A stretch of 64,000 bases of DNA, from the NCBI RefSeq assembly GCF_009914755.1, contig NC_060933.1; one strand, 5' to 3'. The notes beneath the pieces are model-generated. The model had not been told where the DNA came from. It saw only the letters and a list, made by a program, of their open reading frames with translations, and ran no database searches. A program made the position numbers and the translations under genes. This stretch comes from the human T2T-CHM13v2.0 reference genome, Homo sapiens. Below are positions 16,803 through 31,200 of the stretch, one piece after another (within the stretch, counting starts at the first letter, position 1; each line of letters begins with the position of its first letter).

Positions 16803-17096
16803 GGCTGGGCACGGCGGCTCACGCCTGTAATCCCAGCACTATGGGAGGCCGAGGTGGGTGGATCACCTGAGGTCAGGAGTTCGAGACCAGCCTGGCCAAC
16901 ATGGCAAAACCCCGTCTCTACTAAAAATACAAAAAAATCAGCCAGGCATGGTGGTGGGCGCCTGTAATTCCAGCTACTCAGAAGGCTGAGGCGGGAGAAT
17001 TGCTTGAAGCAGAGGTCACAGTGAGCAGAGGTCGCGCCATTGCACTCCAGCCTAGGCAACAAGAGCCAGACACGGTCTCAAAAAAAAAAAAAAAAA
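16803..17096 (+). mobile_element. Alu (S-like)
   Basis: Dimeric Alu with a small internal deletion; TSD aaat(c/t)acactct. Confidence 0.95.
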
Positions 17097-19930
17097 TTAC
17101 ACTCTCACCACCGAGTTAGAAGAGAGAATAAAGGGTTAGGGAGGGCAGGAGGATGGTCCGAGTCCAGGAGGCTGTTGAAATGATTTGTGCAGGAGGAGCC
17201 AGTTGTACGGTGTGCAGGACCCAGTGAAAAATAAAAGGGTGAGGCCTCCAACAGCAGAGGATCAAGTCAGCGTGAGACCTGCTGCCCAGGTCTCAGGCCG
17301 GGAAGCCAGCCCTGCGGTGTGGGCTGCGGCGGGACAAAACGCATGGAACCATTGATAGTGGAAGGAAGCCCGCAGGGCCTGCTCATGGACTAGATGTAGA
17401 AAGAGGAGTGTCAGGGGCAGCACCAAAGCTTCAGCCTGAACACCTGGCAGGACAGAGCTAGCGCCGCTGGCACAGGCAGGCTGCAGGAGGATGGCCAGGA
17501 GGCAGAGCCCAGTGCAGAGACCAGCAGGCCCTGGTGTTCAGTCCCAAGACAGGACCAGGCGTTTCCGCAGAAGAGAAACAAGGCAGGACCTGGTGCCCTC
17601 GCTGGGGATGAGGGGAGCCAGTAAGGCCGAGGAGAGGGTGGTGGTAGAGCCAAGCGACATGTGTGCAGGGACCAGAGATGCCGTCACAGCAGTTCCAAAT
17701 GCTGCCAGATGGAGCAAGACACCAGCGAAGGAAGTCATTGGATCACGGGAGGCGCTGGATGGAGAGGGTTGGTTGCGGGATGGAGGACGCGGACTGGGGA
17801 CAGCAAGTCAGACAGTTCTTTGCAGCTGTTTGGGGGTAAAAAGGGCAGAGGAGACAGTGCAGGGTCCGGAGGGATGGGGCTGGGCAGTTTGGGCTTTGGT
17901 TTTCCATCGTTGCTTTTTGTCAGATGGGGATGGCAGCATGCTTCCGTGCCTGTGGGAGGATCCAGGCAATGTCAGTGGCGTGACGGGTGGGAGCAGGAAC
18001 CGGTGGGCAGCAGAATTGGCCCGGGCGGGGTGTGGGTCTGGGGAGGCCAGCTAATGGCTGGGGGCAGGCACTTTTCTGGCTGGCGCTTTCCTGGCTGTGC
18101 TGTGGGCCACGGGCACAGGCGCCATTCAGCATCTGTCAGCTGCCATCGAGAGCCATTGCCATGAGCTGAATGACCTGCCTATGTAAACGAGGTCACTTAC
18201 GAGGTTCTGCTCATCCTGGCGGTCCCCAGGCTGCTGTGGGGCTGGGGCTCTCTCCTGCAGCATCCCTGGTGGACCCTGGGTGGGGGCAGGGTGGGGATGA
18301 GGAACAATCACAGCTGCTTCTTAGCTGTGCCCCACCCAGCTGTGTGCTGAGCATGAGAAAGAGGTGTCTGCATGTGAGACCTGTGCATTTACCTTCCCGC
18401 ACATAAAAGGGAGGGAGCACGGGCTCAAAGCCATTAGCAAACACATTGTTGGCCACGGCTAACCAGTGAAATCTGAGTGGAAGGCCCACTTAGCAAACCA
18501 GGTGCATGGTGGGCCACTCCGGGAGCTCACTCAGGCTCTGAACCCTCTGGGGAGGAGCATTCCCAGAGCTATGGGCTCTAAGTGGTCCAGTCTGCTGACC
18601 ACATCCTGCTCATGGGCAAGCATCTCTGCCCGGGCTGCCTCCCATGGGACCAAGCGGCACTCTCCTACCCACTCCTTAAAGTCCAAAACCTCACTATGGG
18701 CCTTTCCAAAAGCCCATGTTGTCCCTGGACCACTGGGCATAGAGCAGATTTCCGGGTTACTTGAGGGCCTGGAATGTGGGGCAGGCAGGGGTGGAGGACA
18801 AGGGAATTGCACCACATCTAGAAGACAGAAGCCCAACATCCCAACAGACCCTTCAATGGCCAGCACTCTCTCTGTGCCCAGTACGGCACCGTGGAAAGTC
18901 TTTGCTGTCCAGTGCTTGGTGTCTGAGCACTGGCCCAGGTGGGGGCAGCCTGAGGATGCAAGGGCCTGAGCTGTCTTCCAGAATGGGGAGTATCTTAGCC
19001 GCTGACATCCTCTTCACACCCCAGAAGGCTGATCCTGGGCAGCACTGGGGCCTGGGGGAACCTCCTACCTTCTCCCCAACCATGGTGTCCCTGCTCAGAT
19101 CGGGATGCCGGGCCCGGCCCCAGCAAGGAGGGCACACACAGTCACTGGGGGGCACAGGCCTGGACCCACCAGGCATGAAGCCTGTCCTAGACCTCCAGGG
19201 ATTAGAGCAGGCTGGCGCTGGCGAATGCAACGGCAGACAGACCCCCGTGGGGAGCAGCACCCCAGGGTGGCCCCGCATGCTTGGGAGTTCACACAGCAAA
19301 GCGGGAAGTCTGTGGCTTTCTCAGTGGCTTGGGGCACCCTGGCTGGCCTTGTGGGGGAGTGTCTTCCTATCTTGCTCCCTACACCAAAATACATTCATGA
19401 GAGTAAAGACATATCAAAAAAAAAAAAAAAAAAAAGCAAAATAACCATGTAACCTTACTAGAATATGAGCTTTTTTTTGGTAATGATCTTAAAGTACAGC
19501 GGTCTTAAAACCAAGAACCAATAAAAAGAAAGATGGAAAAATATCCTGTCATAAAAATTAAAACTTCTTACATGACAGACAAAGCCAAAAGCCAATAGCA
19601 AACTAAGAATAACGCACTTTCAACATATGACAAAATGTTAATTTCCTTAATATTTAAATCCTCTCACAAACACATTTGCAAAGGACCAAGAACCCAGTAG
19701 AAACCACAGGCAAAGCGCATGCGTGAAGACTTAGCAGGAAAAGGAATGCAAAGGGCGATTCGATGCCAGGAGAAAAAAATAATTATTATGACAGAAATAT
19801 AAATTTGCAATACTATGTGGTGGTTAAACATGCTCATAAAATGTTATGGGAAATGTTGATTTGAGTCTTTAGAATATGATTCAATAATATCTATTAGCAA
19901 TAAAAATGAATATAACTTTTGTTTGACCAC

Positions 19931-20232
19931 TTTTTTTTTTTTTTTTGAGACAGGGTCTCCCTCTATTGCCCAGGCTGGAGTACAGTGGCACGATCACAGC
20001 TCACTGCAGCCTTGACCTCCCAGGCTCAGGGGATCCTCCTACCTCAGCCTCCTGAGTAGCTGGGACTACAGGTGTGCACCACCACTGCCTGGCTAAATTT
20101 TGTATTTTTAGTAGAGATGGTGTTTTGCCACATTACCAAGGCTGGTCTTGAACTCTTGAGCTCAAGCAACTTGCCCGCTTCAGCCTCCCAAAAAGTGCTG
20201 GGATTACAGGCATGAGCCACCACACCCCCACC
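19931..20232 (-). mobile_element. Alu (J-like) within an AT-rich old L1 remnant (~19440-20330)
   Basis: Antisense Alu with J-type diagnostics (cagggtctc, gatcctcctacctcagc); TSD tgtttg(a/g)ccacttt. Confidence 0.9.
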
Positions 20233-23169
20233 TGTTTGGCCACTTTTAATCCTACACTTGTACCTGTGTACAAAGACATGAGGTTCTGTATCGCAGTGTA
20301 TTTTGGTTGCAAAACATTAGAAACGACGTATATGGAGGAAACCAGGCAGCCACCACTGCCCGCCAGATGCAGTTTGTGAAATCCCAAGGGCAGAGCTGGG
20401 ACAGCCTGACCCCCACCTCACTCCTCCCCTCATTTGGGAGGAGGTGCACCCAGGAGCACCACCTGCCCTCCTTCCTGGGGCCACTCATTCCCCATGCTGA
20501 TTGAAGGAGTTGTCACACCAGAAGTGTGGGTACCTGAGGCACCGTGGTGAGGAGTCCAGGTGGTCTGGGGTCGAGGCCAAGGCCTGGGAGTAGCTGAGGG
20601 CATGGGTGAAGTGCATTTTGAAGGCAGGGAGGAGGCTGACTGGAGTCTGGGGAGAGGCACACAGCCCAGTGGCAATGAGGCTGCTTAGTCTATGGAACCA
20701 CACGTCCGTCTGGGGGCACCATGGTGGCAAAACACAGCAAAGGGACTCGGAAGTGTGGGTGGCAAAGTGCAGGGGCCTGAGGAGCGCCCACCTTCGCAAG
20801 GGGAGATGCCCAGTGCGGATCTGCCGAGGAACACAAGTGGCCCCCAGCCAGCCAGAGCGGAGCCGTGCGCCTCAATTCTCTCCACATAATGTGCCTTCCT
20901 GCATTTCCACAGCTACAGACTCCATGCTGAGCTCTGAGAAATCAATTTCAATGGCAGCTTGACTAAGTACAGGACGTTTTCCTTTCATCTCCTCTCTCAT
21001 ACCGCCAAATATGCCTGATGGACAATTAAAGGACCTGTGTTCCTCTGCTGTTTGGAGAGCCGAGAGTGCCTGAAAAGAAGGCACTTAGGGAAATGACAGG
21101 GTAAGAAACCAGACTGACCCACAACATGCAAGATGCCTGCATCTTCCACAGTGGCTCCTGCCTGGTGGGAGGGACCCTGATGGAGAACTCAGTCTGCGCG
21201 AAGAATAAATGCCCCGTGTTGCAGCAAATGGGGATGGATTGCTCTGCACCTGCTGAGAGAATCGAGCTGTTCAGTCAATACCCTCTCTGTGTGACAAAAC
21301 ACAGTAGATTACAGAAACCAACCACTGCTCCCCCGAATGTGGATGCCGGCCTTAGAGAATGGATCCTGGAGGGACCCCTCTGAAAGCCAGTCCAGCAAGA
21401 CAGCTTGCAGAGGGGAAATCTGGCCATCTCTGTCCCCGCTCAACCCAGCAAGAGTCTGGGCAGATCCACGGGGAGTTTTGTGCTAACTCAATTCCCATTT
21501 CCAGGAATAAAATCAGTCCTGTCCAAAAACCTCCCCTCCACATCTTATCTAGAAACAGATGGGCTGGGAAAAAATGCTCCCTGGAGCACCTCAGCCTGCC
21601 CCAGTCCTTGGCCGGCCTGGCCACGCGTCCCCACAATGCTCACCATTGCTACCCACCCCTGCTTTCATTTCTGATTGGTGTGCAAACGTGAGAGAATTCT
21701 GTTACCAGAAACCGAGGAGACCCCTGGGCCTCAGCAGCCACAGGCTGTTGGTGATGCAGGTGTGATCTTCTATGGGGGTGGATCCCCGTCTCTATGGAGC
21801 ATCCTTCCTCCTGCAAGATTTGCTTCCAAAGAGTCAAAGTCATGGAGCTCCAATCCCTGAAACAGAGGCAGCCCCTTCCTTTCATTCCAAGACAGGAGGG
21901 ACAGGAATTGGGTCCCAGATACGGAGTTTGACTGCTACCTTGGAAATAAAGAGCAAGATAAGATCTGCAGACCAGTGTGGAAGAGAGACCGCTTTCCTTG
22001 AGGACACTGCGTGGCAGGATGGATTTAATATGGGGAGGCAGGGGGCAGAATGGACAGAAGGCCACTCTGGTGATTCAGGAGACGGTGACAGGGACTGTTG
22101 CTTGAGCCTTGTTCGTCAGAACGAAGCGAATGAGGGCCAAATGTGCCCACGCCCCTGGTCTTGTAGGAGCCGCCTTAGAGGAAGTCTGACAGGCCTGCCC
22201 AGCTCCCGCCTGCTGACTTATGTTTGTTGTTGGGTGAGCATCGGGCGGTGCCCATCCAGACACAGGCATTGGGCCTGGCGCAGAGTGAGGCAGGGCGGGT
22301 TCGGACCCCCCACTGTGCCGATGCCTCGACGTCCAGCAGGCACTGAATGGGCGGCCCTCCTGGCTCCCCTGCTCTCTCATCTAATTCGAAGCAGCATTTT
22401 AGAGCTGGAAAGAACCTCCAAATATTTTTGGCCAGATGACCCCTCCAGGTGCCCCTGCTCTGCCTTCACAGTGACCCTGGGCCATTGGCCCTGTGCCTGT
22501 CACCTTCTGTCCCAAATTCAAGGCAGGCTTGGACTCACAAGGGCTCCCTGGCACTCCCGCGCAATGCTGGGCCTGTCGTGCTGAGTCCTGGATATGTGGG
22601 ATCATCAGGCCTCCCGGGGACCAGACCTCGGGACGACAAAGAGAAAAGCAGCGTGGTGAGCCGGGCGGTGGTGGGAAGAAAACCAGCTCAAGGCACGCAT
22701 GGGTGCCTTCATCTGCATCAGGATTTCAGACTTCAGATCTCAGGGCACATGTTTCGTCTCTTTCGGTTACAACAGGCCTGAGAGTGTTTGTAGCTGCAAG
22801 GAGGCTGAGAATGAGGGTTGAGAGGAAGGGACAGGAAATGACATCAGAGGCTTTGAGGAGGGAGACTCTCGATGAGTTAACCCCTGTAAAGCCCTAGGAA
22901 AAGGGCCGGCACACAACAACCCCCGTGTGAGCATGCCTCTCCATCATCCCCATGGTTATTACTATTAATTGAAGAATAGAATTTTTGAGTAGTGCCTAGT
23001 GCAATGCTGCAGACCAAAGAGGTGTTTTAAAACAGAACTATTTGGACAATCCATTCTGAGCTCTTTAAAGCAGAAGAGAGGATGGTTGCCTCTTCATGAA
23101 TAATTATTAAGGTTCACTCATTCATTAGATGCCATGGCAGTTGGTCTTTTCCAGACCTGCCATCGTGAG

Positions 23170-23700
23170 AGATTCCATCCCCCATGCATGTTCTTCCTAC
23201 AATGTGAGGGCAGCCCTCCTCCTATCTTGTGGGGGGGCCCGTGTCCCCACTCCTGGATCCCAGGCAGGCTTTGTGCCGCCTCACCCAATAGGGTACAGAA
23301 GATGCGATGTGATGTGACTTCCAAGGCCAGCTCACAAAAAAGCCATGTGTGTCTTTCTACCTTGTTCTCCTGAACTTCCCTGGGTACCCAGCAGTTGTGC
23401 TGGGGGAAGCCAGGCAGCCACATGGAGAAGCTACGTGAAGGTCTTATGCCAGCACCCCCAGTGGCGGTGCCAGGTGCCAGCCAGCATCAGCAGCCGAGGG
23501 TAGGATGAGGCTTCAGGTGAGCCCAGCACCTGCCATTGGGCCCTCTCCACCTTCAAGCCACCCCAGCTGATGCTTTATGGAGCAGAAATAAACTGCCCCT
23601 TCTGAGCTCTACTACAACTGCAGATTAGTGATTAAAATAAGCGATTATTGTTGTTTGAGGACCGGGTGTGGATTGACTTGTTATGCATTACAGGTATGGA
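23170..23700 (+). mobile_element. Old MLT1 (G/H/I-like) LTR
   Basis: gtgacttccaaggccag, ggaagccaggcagccacatgg and actgcagattagtga..aaaataa motifs. Confidence 0.55.
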
Positions 23701-24419
23701 ATCGCTTACAGGGCCTGGAGGAGGTATCGCCAGATCCAAAACCGAACACATGTGACTTGCCCTGAGGCCGGCTGCTGAGAGGAAGCAAAGTGCGGCGGGA
23801 CCTGAGAGTGTCTGTGGACAACCAAGGGGACTCCAGGAGGCTGAGAGCGAGGGCTGAGAGGAAGGGGAGGGAAATGTTAACAGCGGCTTGGAGGCACGAG
23901 ACCCTTGTCATGTCCTGGCAAAAAGCCTGGTACCAACGTGCCTTCAAGGAAAATTAGAAATCACCTTAATAAACTCAATAAGCTACCTACGAAGTTTCAA
24001 GACAGAATATTCAAAACACCACCTGGCTGCTTCTGGAGGCCAAGGATAAAATGCCAGAGTGGCAAGACATGTTAAAGGCTGGCCTGGTAAATGGGAGAGG
24101 ACCAGGGTTGGCTACATTTGAAAATAAAACTGCTTCTCCTTGCCTGCCCCCTCCAGCTGGTAAACAATAAATGGCTTCCAGGGTTCCATTTCCAAGATAC
24201 ACAAAGAAACTCCCAAAAAAACCATTCTCTCACAAGAAGTAACTAAATGCTAAGTGAAATGCAAAATCACAACCGCCTGAAGGCTGTGGGGAATAAACAC
24301 ACACAGGCAGGTACTAGACGGGAATAGGAGTGTGCAGGTGGTGAGTGTTGATGTGGTGTGGGTCTAAACACACACAGGCAGGTACTGGACGGGAACACGA
24401 GTGTGCAGGTGGTGACTGT

Positions 24420-25166
<747 letters not shown>

Positions 25167-25469
25167 AGTGTGGGGCGACTTCCGTGTTTCTCCAGCTTGT
25201 CCAGAGGGCTCATGGTCATGGAGCAGCACCAGGCTGCTAGGTCTGTGGTGGGAAAATCTGCCGTCCTTCTGGCTGGAGGAAGCACAGAAAGAAGCCCCAA
25301 CCCAGCAGGCTGGTGGAGAGTGAGCAGAAACCCAGAAAAAGAGGAAGCCAAGAAGGGAAATGGAAAACCCCCATTCTGTATACAAACTCTGCCCAGGACT
25401 CCAGCTGGACCCTGCAGCGTGCATGTGAAACAGACGAGAAGCAGCTTGAAGTGGGATTTGGGGTCCCAC

Positions 25470-25953
25470 TGTGACAGTTAATTTTATGCCTCATTTTGAC
25501 TAGCTTATGGTGTACCCAGGTCTTTGGCTAAACATGATTTCTGGATGCGCCTGTAGGGGGCGTTTCTGGAAGAGATCAAGCTGGAGAAACATAAAGCTTG
25601 CCCCACGCTTGTATGAAGCCATTCTCACACTGTGATAATAAGTGAATTCAGTAAAGCCAACAGCAATCCCCATGCCAGTGGGCATCATCCAACCCTTCAA
25701 GGGTCTAAGGATAACAGGGGAGGGGGAAGGAGAACGCCCTCTCTCTGTCTGAATGCTGGAGCTGAGACATCGGTTTCCTCTGCCCCTCGGCCTGGGGTTT
25801 ATACCATGGGTTCTCTGGGGTCTCCAGCTTGCAGGTGACAGATCCACGGAGCCTCTCAGGCTCCACAGCCACATGAAACAATCCTCATACTGAATCTCTT
25901 TCTCTCTGCAGACCCCATCGGTTCTGTTTCTCTGGAGAACCCTGACTCATACA
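25470..25953 (+). mobile_element. MLT2-family (ERVL) solo LTR
   Basis: Begins tgtgacagttaattttatg and ends ggttctgtttctctggagaaccctgactcataca. Confidence 0.8.
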
Positions 25954-27213
25954 CCTGTCAACTACTGGCATGACAGCGTTTGCAGTTTTGCTCTAACCAA
26001 GTAAATTGGCTATTAAAACAAAAACATCAACCCTCTTTGGAGCAATATAACAGAATCCAGAATCTCACAACATAGCAGTAATAGTCTTCAAAATTATTCA
26101 ATATTTGAATGTGGAAGTCAGGAAGATGTGACTCATTTACGAGGAAAAATACTCCACGATGAACCTCAGGATGAACCGAATGTTGGAATTACTAGACAAG
26201 AACAGCTATTTTTAACTATGCTCAGTGTGGAAAAGGAAAATATTCTCATAGCAAATGGGAAGAAAAAAATTGTAGCAGAGATACAGAATGTGTAAAAAGT
26301 ATCCAACGGAAATGTTAGAACTCAAAAATAAAGCAGAAGAAAAAAAAATTTGCCTGATAGAGTCAGTAGCAGATTGGGGGTGATAGAGGGTACACTTGAA
26401 TATAGAACTATCGTCATCATCTAATCCAAAGAAGAGAGAGAGAGAGAGAAGACACTATAAGGATGAATCACACCTCAGAAACTTATTTTAGGAAAATCTC
26501 ACAAGCAAGTATTGGAATCTCAAAAGGAGAGGAGAGAGCATGGGAAAGAAAAAAATGGAAGAAAGAATGTCCTCAAACTCATGAAATTGGGCGAAAGGTA
26601 TAAATTTATGATTCAAGAAGCACAAGGAACTGCAATCAGGATACATTTGCAGAAGCTCACATCCAGGCACAGCAGCAAATGGCTAATACCCAAAGATAAA
26701 GAAGAAACGTTGAAAGTAGGAAGAGGAAAAGGACAAGAGAACAACCACAGCTTCAGCCTTCTCATCCGAAATCATGGAGGTTAAGAAGAGAGCCTTCTCA
26801 ACCCAGAACTCCATATCCAATTAAATATTCTTCAACAACGAAGCGTAAAGGCATTTCCAGTTGGAGGAAAACTATAATAGCCTTTTCTCAGGAGACCTTC
26901 CCTACAAGAAATGCTGAAGAAATTTCCTCAGCAGAAAGAAAACACCACCAGGTGGAAATCTGGGTGTTCAGAAACAAAAGAGCATCGGGAATAGGAAACA
27001 GAGAAGTAAATAGAAAAAAGACTATGTCTCCCTTCATTTTGTTAAAGCACATAGGACTGGTTAAAACAAAAAGTGTACTGGGTCTTATGGGGTTTATAAT
27101 GTTTATGAAATTATTCATTTGATTACTATCACATAAGGATAAGGGTGTGGAAGGCTCTATAGGATTGCTAAGTGGTACAATATTAGCCAGATTGAAAAAT
27201 ACGGGAATGTCTA

Positions 27214-27688
27214 TGTATTAGTCCATTTTCACACTGCTGATAAAGACATACCCGAGACTGGGCAATTTGCAAAAGAAAGAGGCTTAATGATTTATAGTTT
27301 CACATGACTGAGGAGGCCTCACAATCATGGCAGAAAGAGGCTTAATGACTTATAGCTTCATATGACTGAGGAGGCCTCACAATCATGGCAGAAAGAGGCT
27401 TAATGACTTATAGTTTCACATGACTGAGGAGGCCTCACAATCATGGCAGGAGGCAAGGAGGAGCAAATCGCATCTTACAGAGATGGTACAGGCAAAAAAA
27501 AGAGAAGAGCTTGTGCAGGAAAACTCCCCCTTATAAAAACCATCAGATCTCATGAAACTTACTCACTCTCCCGAAAACAGCATGGGAAAGACCTGCCCCC
27601 ATGATTCAATTTCCACCCACCAGGTCCCTCCCACAATACATGGGAATTCAAGATGAGATTTGGGTGGGGACACAGCCAAATCATATCA
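27214..27688 (-). mobile_element. THE1 solo LTR with an internal 58-bp triplication
   Basis: tgtattagtccattttcacactgctgataaagacatacccgagactggg ... gggacacagccaaatcatatca; near-TSD gtcta/gtata. Confidence 0.9.
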
Positions 27689-27814
27689 GTATATCATAAT
27701 CCTTAGCATAACCACTAAAAGAATAATGCAAAAATGTATCACTAAAAGTCAATAGGTAAAGTATGTTGGAATTCTAAAAATTAATGAAATAATCCAAAAG
27801 AAGGTAGGAAAGAG

Positions 27815-28225
<411 letters not shown>

Positions 28226-31200
28226 CTATGTACTCTCTATAAGAGAAGCACTTTAAATATAAAGACAATGATTGAAAGTAAATGGATGAAAAACCGTAAA
28301 CCTTGCAAACAGTCAGACCAAGAAGTTAAAGCAGCTTTATTAATGTCAGGTAAAATAGACAAAGAATGTTGTCAAAGATAAAGACAGAAATTTCATAAAG
28401 ACCAAAGGGTTAATTTTTTGGAAGACAAAATAATTGCAAATGTGTGTACACCTAATAACAGAGCTTCAAAATACATGAAACAAACATTACAAAACTAAAG
28501 GAAGAAAGATAATTCCATGATCATAGTAAGAGACGTTGACACCCTTCTCCAGCAACTGATAAAAGAACGGGAGAAAAAAAGTCAATAAAACACTGAAAAA
28601 AAAATTATATGAAAATGGTAATGACTTAGAATAGCCAAATTACATCAATCATATCAATTGTATTGATATGATTGATATGTGCTGAGCAGTACACCCAACA
28701 ACCAAAAGACAGACTTTTTTTTTAAGTACACGTGGTCAGCTCAGCAAGATGAGTCATTTCTAAGCCATAAAATAAATATAATACATTTTAAAGACCTGAA
28801 GTCATACAGAGCATGTTCTCTAACTGCAATGGAATTAAATTAGATATCAGTGACAATAAGGTATCTGGGAAACTCCTATACATATGGGTGTCAACAACAT
28901 ACTTCTAGATAATTCATGGTCAAAGAAGAAATCACAGTGGAAATTAGAAAATAGTTCAAAAAATGATCATGAAAGTGTGACATATGAATTTATGGGATTC
29001 AGTTAAAGCAGTGCGTAGAAGGAAACTTATAGCTTTAAAATGTTTTTATCTGAAATGAATAAAGGTTTAAAATCAAAATCTAAAGTTCTCCCTCAAGAAC
29101 TAAAAGAAGAGCAAAATCAGTCTAGGTATGTAGAAGGAAGAAAATAATAACAATATGTAAAGAAATCAAAGAAATGGGAAATCAATCAAAAATAGAGAAA
29201 ACTAACAAAGCTAAAAATGTATTCTTTGACAAGATTAAACAAATGACAAAACCCTAAACTTACCCAGAAAAAAATGAGGAAGAACAAAAATTGTCAATAT
29301 CAGGAATAAAAGAATGAATGTGATTTCAGATCTTATAGATGTTAAAAAGATGAGGAATTATTATGAATAACAATTTGCAAACAAATTCATTGACATTAAA
29401 AATATAAGAGAATATCATGAACACCTTTATGCCAACAAATGTGACAACTTTGTTAAAAGGAGGAAAAGCCTTGAAAAATGCAACCTACCAAAATTTACAT
29501 TATGTGAAAGAGAAAATCTGAATATCTATATAGCTATTTTAAAAATGTTTTTTTAAAAAATAAAAACAAATTTCGCCAAGAAAATTTCAGGCCTGGATGG
29601 TTTCACTTGTGAATTCCAAGCACATTTCAAGAAGAAATAACACCGAATATACACAAACCCTTTCAGAAAGAAGAGGAGAAGGGAAAATGGCTCAACTTGT
29701 CTTATGAGGCCAGTGTAATCCTGATACCAAAACAAAGACATCACAAGAAAAAAAAAAAAGCTATAAACCAATACTCCTCACAAACATAGACACAACAATC
29801 CTTAACAAAATAGCAACTCAGGAAATCTAGCAACATATACAAATAATAGTACATTATGAACAAGTAAATTTTATCTCAAAATGCAAGGTTGGTTTAACAT
29901 TTGAAACTCAATCAGTGTCATTCACCATATTAACAGAATAAAGGAAGGGAGAAAACCATATAATCATTTTAATAGATACAGAAAAACATCAGATAAAAAT
30001 TCCATATCCAATCATAAACTCCCAGAGAAATAAGAATAAGGGTAGGATAAAGGGTAGCTTTATAAAGCATACCCCTTATAAAGAATAAAGGGTAGCTATG
30101 TAAAATCCATAGCTAATTATCACACTTAATCTTCCCTATAAGATTGGTAACAAAACAAGAGTTCTTGCTCTCACCACTTCTATTCAAACATTTACTTGAA
30201 ATTCTAGTCATTGCAAAAGGAAGACAAAGAAATAAAAGCATTCAGATTTGATAAGAAATAAAGCAGTTCCTATCTGTGGGTAAAATAATTGCTTGTGTAA
30301 AAAATGCTAAGAAGTCTGTAAAACAATTACTGGAATTAATAAGTGCATGTAGCAAAATTGAAAGATACAAGATACAGAAATCAGTCACAGTTTATATACT
30401 AATATCAAACAATTAGAAAGTGAAATTTTAAAAATTACTCTTACAATAGCACCACAAGCCACAGAAGGAATGAATTTAACAAAAAAGTATAACTCCTCCT
30501 CACTGAAAACCATGAAATGCTGCTGAGAGAAATTTACGTAAGTAAATGGAAGACAGACCCTATTTATGTATCCGGCATTGTCAAAAGGTCAGTCCTCTCT
30601 AAACTGATCTATAGATTCAGTGCAACCCAGGAGGCATTTTACTGGAATGGAGAAATTGACAGGCTGATTAAAAAAATGTATACAAAAATGGTAATGACTT
30701 AGAATAGCCAAAGCAATTTTTAAAAAGAACAAAGTTGAAGGGAAGGCGGGGTAATCAAAGGTTGGTTAAGGGATGTAAATGGCCAGCTAGGGAGGAGGAA
30801 TGAATTCAGGGCTCTATTGCACCTAGGATGACTGTAATTAATTAACAACAATTTAATAAATAGCTAGGAGAGTGGATTTCAAATGTTCCCAACACACAGA
30901 AATGATAAATGTTTGCAGCAATGGCTATGCTAATCACCCTGAAATCAAATGATCATTACATACTGTATACATGTATTAAAATCTCACACTGTACCCCATA
31001 AGTATGGGCAATTATTCTGTGTCGATTAAAAATAATTATAAAAGCAATAAATAAATACAGATCCCAGGCCCAGATCCATCCACTGGATTTGAATTGTCAG
31101 CAAAGGAACCTGGGGTCTACATTTTAATGATACCTCTGTCATTCCTATCATCAAGCAAGCGGCAGAAACCCTTAGACTAATTCTACTTGGATCAAATGGG

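Noticed and set aside
21772-22584. 270-aa ORF
   Set aside because: No recognisable domain, promoter or composition signal; consistent with chance in GC-rich DNA.
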